Shown: positions 51,343 to 59,984 of the stretch, one piece after another
Numbering within the stretch: position 1 is the stretch's first letter
Layout: each line of letters opens with the position of its first letter
NCBI GenBank assembly: GCA_944332995.1
Contig: CALVKR010000004.1
Location: 24,504-88,503 of the forward strand
Direction: 5' to 3'
DNA from: an uncultured Clostridia bacterium
Lineage (GTDB): Bacteria > Bacillota > Clostridia > Christensenellales > CAG-917
DNA length: 64,000 bases
Notes under the pieces: model-generated
What the model saw: only the letters and a program-made list of their open reading frames with translations
Database searches by the model: none
Told to the model about the DNA's origin: nothing
Translations under genes and position numbers: made by a program

Positions 51343-51370
51343 AAAAAAGCCCCGATAGCGAGGCTTTTTT
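51343..51370. terminator. Bidirectional terminator-like hairpin
   Basis: aaaaaagcc..cgatagcg..ggctttttt. Confidence 0.5.
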
Positions 51371-51420
51371 TGTGTGCATAAGTTTTGGCAGTCCGGCGAG
51401 TTTTATTTGCTTATAGAATT

Positions 51421-52593
51421 TTAGCCGTCCAGCGATTGGTCGCCGTATTTAATGACGTTTGTCTTTCTTAAAATCTCTGATACTGCAAAGCTGACTACGG
51501 CAGGAATGACGAACAGACACAAAACTATTCCCAAAACAAGTTTATACGTTTCGAGCCCTACCGCCATGGAAGCGTCTATCGTTCCGAAAACGCCGACGAG
51601 TCCGCTCGTTCCCATACCGCCTCCCGTGGCGTTGCAACGCAGGTCAAGCAAAACGGCAACCAGTCCCGAAAATACGCTGGCGATTATCTCGGGGAGCATA
51701 ATGACCGGCTTTTTCATAATGTTGGGAATCTGAAGCATACTCGTGCCTATGCCCTGCGATATAAGACCGCCCCAGCCGTTTTCTCTGAAAGAGGCGACGG
51801 CAAAGCCCACCATGTGAGCGGCGCACCCTGCCACAGCGGCGCCTCCGGCTATACCGAAAGGCTCGGGATTTGCGATAGCCGTAGCGGACGTGGCAATTGC
51901 CACCCATATAGCGGCGCTCGACGTGGGCATTGTAAGAAGTATTCCCATGACGACGGAAACGAAAATTCCCACGATTATTTTTACGGCAACGCCTGCGCTT
52001 ATAGCAAGCACTATCAGCTGTGCGAGTAAGTCGATAAGTTTGATAAACGGCCAGGCAAGAAATATTCCGCCGAAACAAAGTACCATCATTGAAAGCGGAA
52101 CGAGCACAATGTCGATTTTAGTTTTTCCTGCGTAAAGTTTTACTATTTCAAGGGCGAACAGCACGGCGACGTAACTGCCTATCGGATTGCCCGGAGCACC
52201 GAGCGAAAGGGTAAAAGCCGTGCCTTTGGTCAAAGCGTCGACAAGCGAGCCGGACCACGCTCCGATAAATCCTACCACCGCCGCAGTGAATATGACAAGA
52301 GGTTTCGCACCCAGCTTGTGAGCCATGCCTATGCCGATACCAACTCCCATCATGCTTTTTGCAATAGAGGCGATATAGTTTAATACAGTGGCAAAAGTAT
52401 TGGTTCCGCACCACGAGGCAATCTGACCTAAAATGGTTCCCGCTATCAGAGTGCAAAACAGACCATGCGACATACCCGTGAAAGCGTCTATAAAAAAGCG
52501 CCTGCACTTTGCTTTAATATAATTAAAAAAAAGTATTTTTTTGGAAACGACGAGGTCGCAGCGCGCCTCGTCTAAAAACCCTTGCTGTTTCAA
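51421..52593 (-). CDS. PTS EIIC-like permease (PTS_EIIC_2-type), orphan
   Basis: Polytopic membrane protein containing RRFFIDAFTGMSHGLFCTLIAGTILGQI. The TTG start directly follows the upstream TAA, with GGAGG 5 nt upstream (translational coupling). No EIIA/EIIB/HPr genes are nearby. Confidence 0.55.
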   Translation of the reverse strand: MKQQGFLDEARCDLVVSKKILFFNYIKAKCRRFFIDAFTGMSHGLFCTLIAGTILGQIASWCGTNTFATVLNYIASIAKSMMGVGIGIGMAHKLGAKPLVIFTAAVVGFIGAWSGSLVDALTKGTAFTLSLGAPGNPIGSYVAVLFALEIVKLYAGKTKIDIVLVPLSMMVLCFGGIFLAWPFIKLIDLLAQLIVLAISAGVAVKIIVGIFVSVVMGILLTMPTSSAAIWVAIATSATAIANPEPFGIAGGAAVAGCAAHMVGFAVASFRENGWGGLISQGIGTSMLQIPNIMKKPVIMLPEIIASVFSGLVAVLLDLRCNATGGGMGTSGLVGVFGTIDASMAVGLETYKLVLGIVLCLFVIPAVVSFAVSEILRKTNVIKYGDQSLDG

Positions 52594-53946
52594 TTATTCC
52601 TCCGAAATTTTTTCGACAATTTGTACGGTAAGTTTAAAGATATCTTTTACCACGTCGGAGATTTCCTCGTTTTCTTCGGTGATTTCTCTGAACGGATTTC
52701 TGTCCCTTGCCGATATTGTCAAGCTGTCCACTCCGGCTTTATCGAAAGCGGTAGCGGCATAACCTGTCAATACGCCGAAGTTTTTACCCTCTGAAGTCAG
52801 CTCGATACCTTGAGCCTCGGCGACTTCTTTGGCGATATCGACGAGCTTTTCGCCAAAAGTATGCTTGTGCACGGGATCGACTGTTGCCACAAAATATTTT
52901 CTTTCGACGATATCCCCGATGTTTATCATTGTGGCGTTTTTAAACATATCGGTATCGGCGTGCCTTTTGACAAAAGCGTTTGCTCCGTCGTGTCCTGCGT
53001 TTTCACCGCCGAACGAAACGACGGACACTCGCATATCGGACGGAATTTTTTTCTCGTCAATGAGATACCTTGCAACCGTCATGGCGACTGCCGTGGAAAA
53101 ACCGTTGTTTTCTTCCACCTTGTTTTTGTTAAGCGAAAAAGTGAGTATGAGCACCAAAATGGACGGCACGCAGATTATTGCGGATACTACAATCAAAACG
53201 GCAATCACCGTGGTGTTGCCTGCGCCGAGGAATATTCTGAGCAGATTGAACACTATGAAAAACAGAATTGAAAACATCGAACAGGCGATAATCCAAAATC
53301 TGAATTTGTCCGAAATTTTGAAATGATTGCCGTATTGCGAATCGTAGTTTGACGAGATAATCAGATTGCGGTTGCATTCTTCTTTAGGCTCTATCGTCGA
53401 CAGCACGTTATACGATACTTTTTTCACGAGCAGTTTTTGCACGGAAGGATAGCCGACGTAAAGCAAAAACAAAAACAGCCACGACAAAATTATTCCCACG
53501 ACGGAAATGAGCGAAAGCGCGATGCCGAAAGGTCCGTTTGAAGCGAAAGAAAGACAGAACAGCGCATAGCACACGGCATACAAAACTCCGAGCACGATAA
53601 AACACGGTCTGCCCTTAAACTCTCGGCTGTAAAACGGCTCGAGCCTCGACGGAATACCCAAAAGGGCGTTTGCGTCGTCCCTTATCATACGGGCGGCTCG
53701 CTTTTCGCCCCAGCTGCCTGCCACTCTCGCCTTGTGAATTTCCATTTTTTTGGAAGTGGTTTCCATAAATTCATAATAATCGACAGGTTCGAGTTCGGGC
53801 TCGGGCTCGACGAAAGGAACGGCTTCTTCTTCCGTTTCTTCCGTTTCGGTTATTTCTTCCTCGCCTTTTACTTCCGTTTCTTCTTCCGCTTTTTTGCGTC
53901 CGAAAAACCAAAAGCGCTTTTGTTTTTTCTCGTCTTTATCTTTCAT
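52594..53946 (-). CDS. Polytopic membrane protein with an M28-peptidase-like fold, metal ligands apparently substituted
   Basis: Acidic N-terminus. M28-like blocks (RVAGSWGEKRAARMI, IISSNYDS, ENNGFSTAVAMTVARYL, VSFGGENAGHDGANAFV) are interrupted by about 5 TM helices. Starts 3 nt after the glnN stop. Confidence 0.45.
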   Translation of the reverse strand: MKDKDEKKQKRFWFFGRKKAEEETEVKGEEEITETEETEEEAVPFVEPEPELEPVDYYEFMETTSKKMEIHKARVAGSWGEKRAARMIRDDANALLGIPSRLEPFYSREFKGRPCFIVLGVLYAVCYALFCLSFASNGPFGIALSLISVVGIILSWLFLFLLYVGYPSVQKLLVKKVSYNVLSTIEPKEECNRNLIISSNYDSQYGNHFKISDKFRFWIIACSMFSILFFIVFNLLRIFLGAGNTTVIAVLIVVSAIICVPSILVLILTFSLNKNKVEENNGFSTAVAMTVARYLIDEKKIPSDMRVSVVSFGGENAGHDGANAFVKRHADTDMFKNATMINIGDIVERKYFVATVDPVHKHTFGEKLVDIAKEVAEAQGIELTSEGKNFGVLTGYAATAFDKAGVDSLTISARDRNPFREITEENEEISDVVKDIFKLTVQIVEKISEE

Positions 53947-53949
53947 ATT

Positions 53950-56070
53950 TTAGTCCCTGAAAAGAATATCCTGATAGTTTGGTCTGCCCCAAACGTTCTT
54001 GTCGCAGATAAGTTCCATCTCGTCGGCTATGACTCTGAGCTCGTCGAGTTTTGGAATAATGAGGTCACGGCAAGCGACAGCCTTTTCTTTAAGGTCGGAC
54101 GTTGCCTGCGCCGTCTTTGTAGCCACCTCGAGAGCGTCTATAGCCTTGTCGAAATCGTTTATATATTTTTCGAGAGTCTTGATTTGTTTTACCTGTATCT
54201 TGCCGCATGACAGAGCGCCCAAAGCGTTAGCCTTGACGGCGAGCTCGCCTTGATACGCCATCGCCCTCGGCAGTATACACGTTTTGGCAATGGACAGCGC
54301 CGTTCTCGCCTCTATATTGACGGTTTGGCTGTAATCGGTAAGATATATGCGGTATCTTGCCGCCACTTCGACGTCGTTGAAAATGCCGTATTTGTTAAAC
54401 AGCGCCCTGACCTCTTTACGGTTTAAGGCCTCGAAAGCGTCCACGGCGTTTGTGAGATTGTAAAGTCCTCGCCTTGCCGCTTCTTCCGTCCAATCGCTCG
54501 AGTAGTTGTTTCCGTTAAAGATAATGCGCTTGTGCGCCATATACTCGTCGTAAATAATTTTGGACAAAACCGAGTCGAGTTCTTCGCCCTTCGCCGCCTC
54601 GATTTTATCGGAAAAACGGCCAAGCGCGTCCGCTACGATAGTATTCAGAATGACGTTGGGAGTGGAAAGCGTCTGTTGCGAGCCTACCATACGGAATTCA
54701 AATTTGTTTCCCGTAAAGGCAAACGGCGACGTTCTGTTTCGGTCGGAGTCGTCCTTTTTGAGCTTGGGCATAGTCTTTACGCCCATCTCGAGATATTCTT
54801 TTATATTTTTAAATTCTCCGTTTTTATGTTCGATAACGCTGAGGATTTGACTTACCTTATCCCCTACGTAAACCGAAATGATAGCCGGGGGAGCTTCGTG
54901 TCCGCCTATACGCCTGTCGTTGCCTGCGCTTGCGCAGCTCATGCGGAGTAAATCCTGATAATCGTCGACAGCGGCGATGACCGCCATAAAGAAAAGCAGG
55001 AAGGTGCGGTTGGATTGTTCGTCCTTGCCCATAGAAAGCAGATTTCTGCCGTCGTCGGTGCAAAGCGACCAGTTGTTGTGCTTACCGCTTCCGCTAATGC
55101 CGTCGAAAGGTTTTTCGTGCAAAAGACATTTGAGCCCGTGACGGTCCGCCACCTTTTTCATGGTTTCCATGATGAGTTGGTTTTGGTCGGTTGCGATATT
55201 GGCAGACGTGAAAATCGGAGCAAGTTCGTGCTGTGACGGTGCGACTTCGTTGTGCTGAGTCTTTGCCGTGATACCGAGTTTCCAGAGGCTCTCGTTAAGG
55301 TCCGCCATATAGTCGAGCACGTCCTCTTTTATTTTGGCATAGTATTGGTCGTTCTTTTCCTGACCTTTTGGGGGAAGTGCGCCAAACAACGTTCTGCCCG
55401 TTATTTTGAGGTCATCGCGTTTATTGAAAGCCTCTTTGGATATCAAAAAATATTCCTGTTCGCCGCCCACGTTCGGGGATACGGATTTGCAAGGCTTTCC
55501 GATAAGTTCCAAAAGGCGTCTTGCCTCTTTATCGAGCACTGCCATAGAACGCAAAAGCGGAGTTTTTTTGTCGAGCGCTTCGCCTCCGAACGAACAAAAC
55601 GCCGTCGGTATGCAAAGCACGCCCGCTCCGCCGTTTGATTTTTTGATGAATGCCGGAGACGTAACGTCCCATATCGTATAGCCCCTCGCCTCAAACGTGG
55701 CTCTGAGTCCGCCCGAGGGAAAACTTGAAGCGTCCGCCTCGCCTCTCATGAGGTTTTTGCCCGAAAACTCCAAAATAGTCTTTCCGTTTTGGTCTATCGA
55801 TATAAAAGCGTCGTGCTTTTCGGCGGTAGCGTCGGTCAAAGGCTGAAACCAATGCGTGTAGTGAGTTGCGCCCTTGGACATTGCCCACTCTTTCATGGCG
55901 TCGGCAACCTTATCGGCAAGCTGCCTGTCGAGCTCCTTTCCGTTTTGGATAACCTCAACGAAAGCGTTGTAATCGGCGCCCGACATAAAGGCTTTCATAG
56001 CTTTATCGTCAAATACGTCGCAAGCAAAAAAATCGGTGATACGTTTTTCGTCCGTCAAAAGTCTTGCCAT
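53950..56070 (-). CDS. glnN: Glutamine synthetase type III
   Basis: 706 aa with GSIII-type blocks ATHYTHWFQPLT, GGEQEYFL, NEVAPSQHELAP and SGSGKHNNWS. GGAGG RBS. Confidence 0.9.
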   Translation of the reverse strand: MARLLTDEKRITDFFACDVFDDKAMKAFMSGADYNAFVEVIQNGKELDRQLADKVADAMKEWAMSKGATHYTHWFQPLTDATAEKHDAFISIDQNGKTILEFSGKNLMRGEADASSFPSGGLRATFEARGYTIWDVTSPAFIKKSNGGAGVLCIPTAFCSFGGEALDKKTPLLRSMAVLDKEARRLLELIGKPCKSVSPNVGGEQEYFLISKEAFNKRDDLKITGRTLFGALPPKGQEKNDQYYAKIKEDVLDYMADLNESLWKLGITAKTQHNEVAPSQHELAPIFTSANIATDQNQLIMETMKKVADRHGLKCLLHEKPFDGISGSGKHNNWSLCTDDGRNLLSMGKDEQSNRTFLLFFMAVIAAVDDYQDLLRMSCASAGNDRRIGGHEAPPAIISVYVGDKVSQILSVIEHKNGEFKNIKEYLEMGVKTMPKLKKDDSDRNRTSPFAFTGNKFEFRMVGSQQTLSTPNVILNTIVADALGRFSDKIEAAKGEELDSVLSKIIYDEYMAHKRIIFNGNNYSSDWTEEAARRGLYNLTNAVDAFEALNRKEVRALFNKYGIFNDVEVAARYRIYLTDYSQTVNIEARTALSIAKTCILPRAMAYQGELAVKANALGALSCGKIQVKQIKTLEKYINDFDKAIDALEVATKTAQATSDLKEKAVACRDLIIPKLDELRVIADEMELICDKNVWGRPNYQDILFRD

Positions 56071-56111
56071 AAGTCCTCCAACAAATAAGCTGATACTTAT
56101 AAACTAATGTG

Positions 56112-56140
56112 ATTATAATTTATTTGATAAAAAAAAGCAA
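56112..56140 (-). promoter_or_regulatory. Candidate promoter of the glnN operon
   Basis: Reverse strand TTGCTT (56135-56140) - 17 nt - TATAAT (56112-56117). Confidence 0.45.
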
Positions 56141-56147
56141 CAAAAAA

Positions 56148-56170
56148 ACAGACGGCATAAAGCCGTCTGT
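56148..56170 (-). terminator. Intrinsic terminator after the 980-aa lipoprotein gene
   Basis: acagacggc-ataaa-gccgtctgt with T7 on the reverse strand. Confidence 0.85.
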
Positions 56171-56195
56171 CTTTATTTAAGCGTAAAGCTTAGTT

Positions 56196-59138
56196 TTAGT
56201 TTTGCGGCATCCAGACCGAGCAGTCAACGCTGAGGTCAGCGGTGAACGAGCCGAAGCCTGCGACCAAACCTTCAAGTTCAGTCGAGTTGCCGATAACTTT
56301 GAGTCCGAGTTCAGCGCCGGCAAGAACTGCTCCTTCGCTGTCCAAAATCTGAACTTCAAGTCCGAGAGAATCGGAAGCGGGCTTCAAAACAACTTTCGCG
56401 TCGTAAGCGAGCAATTTGTCGAAGAATTCGTTGCCGTTGGTAACGCCTTCGAGGATTTTGCTGCCTGCGAACATATCAAGGAGTTCTTTGACGATACCGT
56501 CGTTATAGAGTTCTTCTCTGATAGCCGCAATGTTGTCGGCAGAGATAACGCCGTTATCGGAATAGTCTTGAGATGCGTAACCGTAATCTTCCATCAACTG
56601 CAACACTTCAGCGTCGGTGATGTCGTTTGCGGTGATACCCCAAATCATGAGAGCCATGTCTTTGGAGATAGTAGCGCTGGTCTGATAGAAGACGTCGGTG
56701 CCGTTAACTTCCTCGTAGACGTATTGGATATCCCATCTGCCGAGAGCGAGGTTGTAAGCGCCTGCTTCATCGTCCGCCGAAACGTAAGGAACGAGGACGT
56801 AGTCGGTGGTGTAAACGTATTTACCGCTGTTGTCGTTTGATACCATCTTGACTGCGGGAACAAGACCTGCGTCGGTGTAACGCTTGATGACGTCGTTGCT
56901 GAGCGTGTAGACGATAGCATAGAGGTCTTCAGCGTTGGAGATTGATTCGTATCCGGTGATGAATCCGCCTTGGTTGATAGCGCCGGTATTCAAAATACCC
57001 ATGATGCTATAACCCCAATCGATACCGCCGATGGATTCGAGGATACCGTTTCCGGTTGCAACGTCGCCGCCGTCATACGCAAAGAGCGTATCCCACAAAC
57101 CGCCGACCGAAACAAGCTGGAATTGCTTGTTGTCCGCCGCATAGGTAAGAGCGTTGGTAACGGTGGTGAAGATAGCGGAAATGTTGAAGCTTGCCTCGTA
57201 AGAGGTATCTAAAGAGATATTCTGGCTGGAGTAGATAGCGAAGAGCTGCGCATAGTTGTAGACGATGTCGTCGGTGTTTTCAGCCGAGATGTAGTCGTAG
57301 ATAACGTATTTGCCTCCAAATTGAGAGCCGGCAGGAGCAGCAACAGCCATCTTGCCGTCTGCGTTTTCTTGAGCGGAATCAAATACTTCGACAACTTTCT
57401 TGTATTGGTTGTCCGCAACTTTTACGAACACGTCGGAGAGAGCTTTCTCTTCAACTTTGACAACGTTTAAGAACATCATGTCTTCAGCCGATGCTTCAGT
57501 CTGAACGTTGTCGTTGAAGAAGAGGCCTTGGAACATGGGTTGAAGCTTAAGTCCGGTAAACTGGATGTTTTTGACGTCTCCGTTTTCAAGAGCCGCAAAG
57601 AGGTCGCCTATAAGAGTGGTATAGTTACCGTATTCAGCCTTATCTTCGGCATTGTAGAAATTTTCGATAGCCATGATGATGAGGTTGTCGCGGACCATCT
57701 TGATGTAGCCTTTTTCATCATATTGAGCAATCTGAATCTGAACGGTGCCAACGCCGCTTGCATCCTGAGTGTAGATTGCTTTAGCGATAACTTCACCGTT
57801 GTAAGTGATATCGGCATAAGCCTGAGTGAAGTCGTTGTTCAAAAGTGCTATTTTGCCGAGGAATCTGACGTCGAGTTTTCCGGTAATATCGGTACCTGCG
57901 GGCATCGTGATTTTGCCGTTTGTAAGCAAAGCAGATTTGCCCATTTCGGTTGCAATATATTTGAAGCTGTAGCTGCCGTCGTCATATTGATCGGGCAAGC
58001 TATTCAAATCGTCAAAAGTGAGTTTAACGAGATTTTCCGCAATGTCAACGGAGAGGTTGGCTTCTACGGTGTAATCTTCGCTGTATTCCTCCCTGTTGAT
58101 GGGGAGTTCGCTGCCGTTTGCGTTGCCGATACCTTTGATTTCAAATTTATCGATAGCGATTTTGGCATTGTAACGAACGTAGTTTTCGCCGAAAGGAGCG
58201 GTGTTTGCGGTAACCGCAAAGTTTTCGATGCCGCCTTCTGCGTCAACCTTGGTGATGAGCTTGATAGAGCTTTGGCTGTCCAAAAGTCCGGAAGCAATTT
58301 CACCTACGAGGTTGGTAACCGTTCCGGAAAGAGCTGCTTCCCAAACGGTGGAGGTGCCTTCAGTAGTCTTTTTAACGGAGCCGTCAGCGATAAGCAAGGA
58401 GCCTGCCGCATTCAAAAGTCCGTTGAGGTTTGCAACGTCTTCGGTCAATCCGAGGAGGTCGGCTGCCATTGCGATCAATTCGTTAAGGTCGAAACCGAAG
58501 AGCGAACCGATTGCGGTTGCAAGGTTGTCGATTGCGAAATCGGGTCCGAAAGTTTCAACGACGGTTTCAATCATGCCGTCGATGCTGAGACCTTCAAACA
58601 AACCTGCCGTAAAGGTCGAGGTAAGGAAGTTGGTGAGGTAAGTGGCAAAATTCTTGTTGCCGTCACCGGTAGCGTCGAATTGTAAAACGACTTTTTCATT
58701 GCAAAGCTCGAGATAGAGCTTCGTGGGTTCATTGATATAATAGTTTGCAGAAACAATATTTTGACCTACGCTGGTCAAAGAACCGTTGTTGTCAACGATA
58801 GCGATGTGTGCCGCACTGAACGTATTACCTACGCCGTTTTCCGCACGGTCGTAAACCACATCGAGGAGCAAGCTGAGATCGAGGTCAGCGATACCGTTAG
58901 CTTCCAACGCAAGGTTGATTGCGAGGCTTGCCTGGATATCTTCGTTTGCATCAATGGGCTCTTTACCGATTGACTTAACAGACTCTGTCAAATTGGTAAA
59001 AAAGTCAGCACCTGTATATTTTTGGCTGTTTCCGCCACCGCCGCCGGTAGATGCGGTTTCACCGCAAGCAACCAAAGCGAAGACTAAAATCAAAGCCATA
59101 ACTACGAGTGCCACTGCTTTAAAACTAAGCTTTTTCAT
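56196..59138 (-). CDS. Large (980 aa) lipoprotein of unknown function
   Basis: Signal peptide with lipobox LVAC followed by a Gly-rich linker. AGGAGGA RBS. No domain recognisable by eye. Confidence 0.75.
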   Translation of the reverse strand: MKKLSFKAVALVVMALILVFALVACGETASTGGGGGNSQKYTGADFFTNLTESVKSIGKEPIDANEDIQASLAINLALEANGIADLDLSLLLDVVYDRAENGVGNTFSAAHIAIVDNNGSLTSVGQNIVSANYYINEPTKLYLELCNEKVVLQFDATGDGNKNFATYLTNFLTSTFTAGLFEGLSIDGMIETVVETFGPDFAIDNLATAIGSLFGFDLNELIAMAADLLGLTEDVANLNGLLNAAGSLLIADGSVKKTTEGTSTVWEAALSGTVTNLVGEIASGLLDSQSSIKLITKVDAEGGIENFAVTANTAPFGENYVRYNAKIAIDKFEIKGIGNANGSELPINREEYSEDYTVEANLSVDIAENLVKLTFDDLNSLPDQYDDGSYSFKYIATEMGKSALLTNGKITMPAGTDITGKLDVRFLGKIALLNNDFTQAYADITYNGEVIAKAIYTQDASGVGTVQIQIAQYDEKGYIKMVRDNLIIMAIENFYNAEDKAEYGNYTTLIGDLFAALENGDVKNIQFTGLKLQPMFQGLFFNDNVQTEASAEDMMFLNVVKVEEKALSDVFVKVADNQYKKVVEVFDSAQENADGKMAVAAPAGSQFGGKYVIYDYISAENTDDIVYNYAQLFAIYSSQNISLDTSYEASFNISAIFTTVTNALTYAADNKQFQLVSVGGLWDTLFAYDGGDVATGNGILESIGGIDWGYSIMGILNTGAINQGGFITGYESISNAEDLYAIVYTLSNDVIKRYTDAGLVPAVKMVSNDNSGKYVYTTDYVLVPYVSADDEAGAYNLALGRWDIQYVYEEVNGTDVFYQTSATISKDMALMIWGITANDITDAEVLQLMEDYGYASQDYSDNGVISADNIAAIREELYNDGIVKELLDMFAGSKILEGVTNGNEFFDKLLAYDAKVVLKPASDSLGLEVQILDSEGAVLAGAELGLKVIGNSTELEGLVAGFGSFTADLSVDCSVWMPQN

Positions 59139-59178
59139 AAATCCTCCTATGAATTTTGTTTAAAATTAAGGTATGTTA

Positions 59179-59207
59179 ATTATACCTAATTATATTTTTA
59201 GTGTCAA
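59179..59207 (-). promoter_or_regulatory. Perfect consensus SigA promoter for the lipoprotein gene
   Basis: Reverse strand TTGACA (59202-59207) - 17 nt - TATAAT (59179-59184). The -10 box lies 40 nt upstream of the ATG. Confidence 0.7.
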
Positions 59208-59290
59208 TACAAAAAAGTTAAAGAAGTTAATTTTTATTATCAGGCGCAAATATCGACAAAAACGCAATTTATTTATGCAAATTGCTCCGA

Positions 59291-59337
59291 TTTTTGCTCA
59301 TTTTTGCCCCTTTTTCGATGTTTTTCCCCTGTTTTTT
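59291..59337. promoter_or_regulatory. Five helically phased T5-6 tracts (predicted intrinsic DNA bend)
   Basis: TTTTT tracts start at 59291, 59301, 59311 and 59321, and a TTTTTT tract at 59332, each separated by 5-6 GC-rich nt. Confidence 0.6.
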
Positions 59338-59362
59338 CCATCACGTGCACCGCAAGAAAAAA

Positions 59363-59380
59363 GAGCGGTTTTCGCCGCTC
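59363..59380 (-). terminator. Intrinsic terminator (reverse strand) upstream of the lipoprotein promoter
   Basis: Reverse strand GAGCGG-cgaaaa-CCGCTC followed by TTTTTT. Confidence 0.6.
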
Positions 59381-59665
59381 GATTTTGCCCGACTTTATTC
59401 GTGGGTTTAGAATATTTTCAGCGCCCGACGCATTCAGACTCTTTGTCGAATTTTGGTTATTGAGCAAAAATAAGTCGGATAAACGCCACGCCCGTTTTAT
59501 CGTTTCGCTCCCTTTATACGTCCCTTTGAAGTTGCTTGAGCCGATTCAATATGCAAAGCCGCAAGATACCTATGCGCCGTTACGCCTTAAGCCGATATAA
59601 ACAAAGACGAATTTGTTGGAAATCAAATCTGCTTTTTACCGCCATATACCCTTATCTTAAAAAAA

Positions 59666-59685
59666 GTCCCGATACAAATCGGGAC
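59666..59685 (-). terminator. Intrinsic terminator after the SDR 3'-end repeat array
   Basis: Reverse strand GTCCCGA-tttgta-TCGGGAC followed by T7. Confidence 0.8.
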
Positions 59686-59691
59686 GCTGCA

Positions 59692-59984
59692 TTAGCATAT
59701 AAAACCGCCGTTTACTCTCAAAACTTCGCCCGTCACGTAGTCAAGCCCGTCGGCAAAACACATAACAGCGTCCGCCACGTCGGGACGCTTTACTAGCATA
59801 TAAAACCGCCGTTTACTCTCAAAACTTCGCCCGTCACGTAGTCAAGCCCGTCGGAAAAACACATAACGGCGTCCGCCACGTCGGGACGCTTTACTAGCAT
59901 ATAAAACCTCCGTTTACTCTTAAAACCTCTCCCGTAACATAATCTAATCCGTCGGCAAAACACATAACAGCGTCCGCCACGTCG
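59692..59984. repeat. Three tandem 101-bp units, each carrying the last ~29 codons plus stop of the SDR gene
   Basis: Unit starts at 59692, 59793 and 59894. The two distal units differ at 3 of 101 nt. The genic unit differs from them at 11 of 91 aligned nt. Confidence 0.9.

Noticed and set aside
59536-59796. 86-aa + strand ORF crossing the terminator and the first repeat unit
   Set aside because: It lies antisense to the relic SDR 3' ends and across a terminator hairpin, and it has no RBS. It is an artefact of the repeat.
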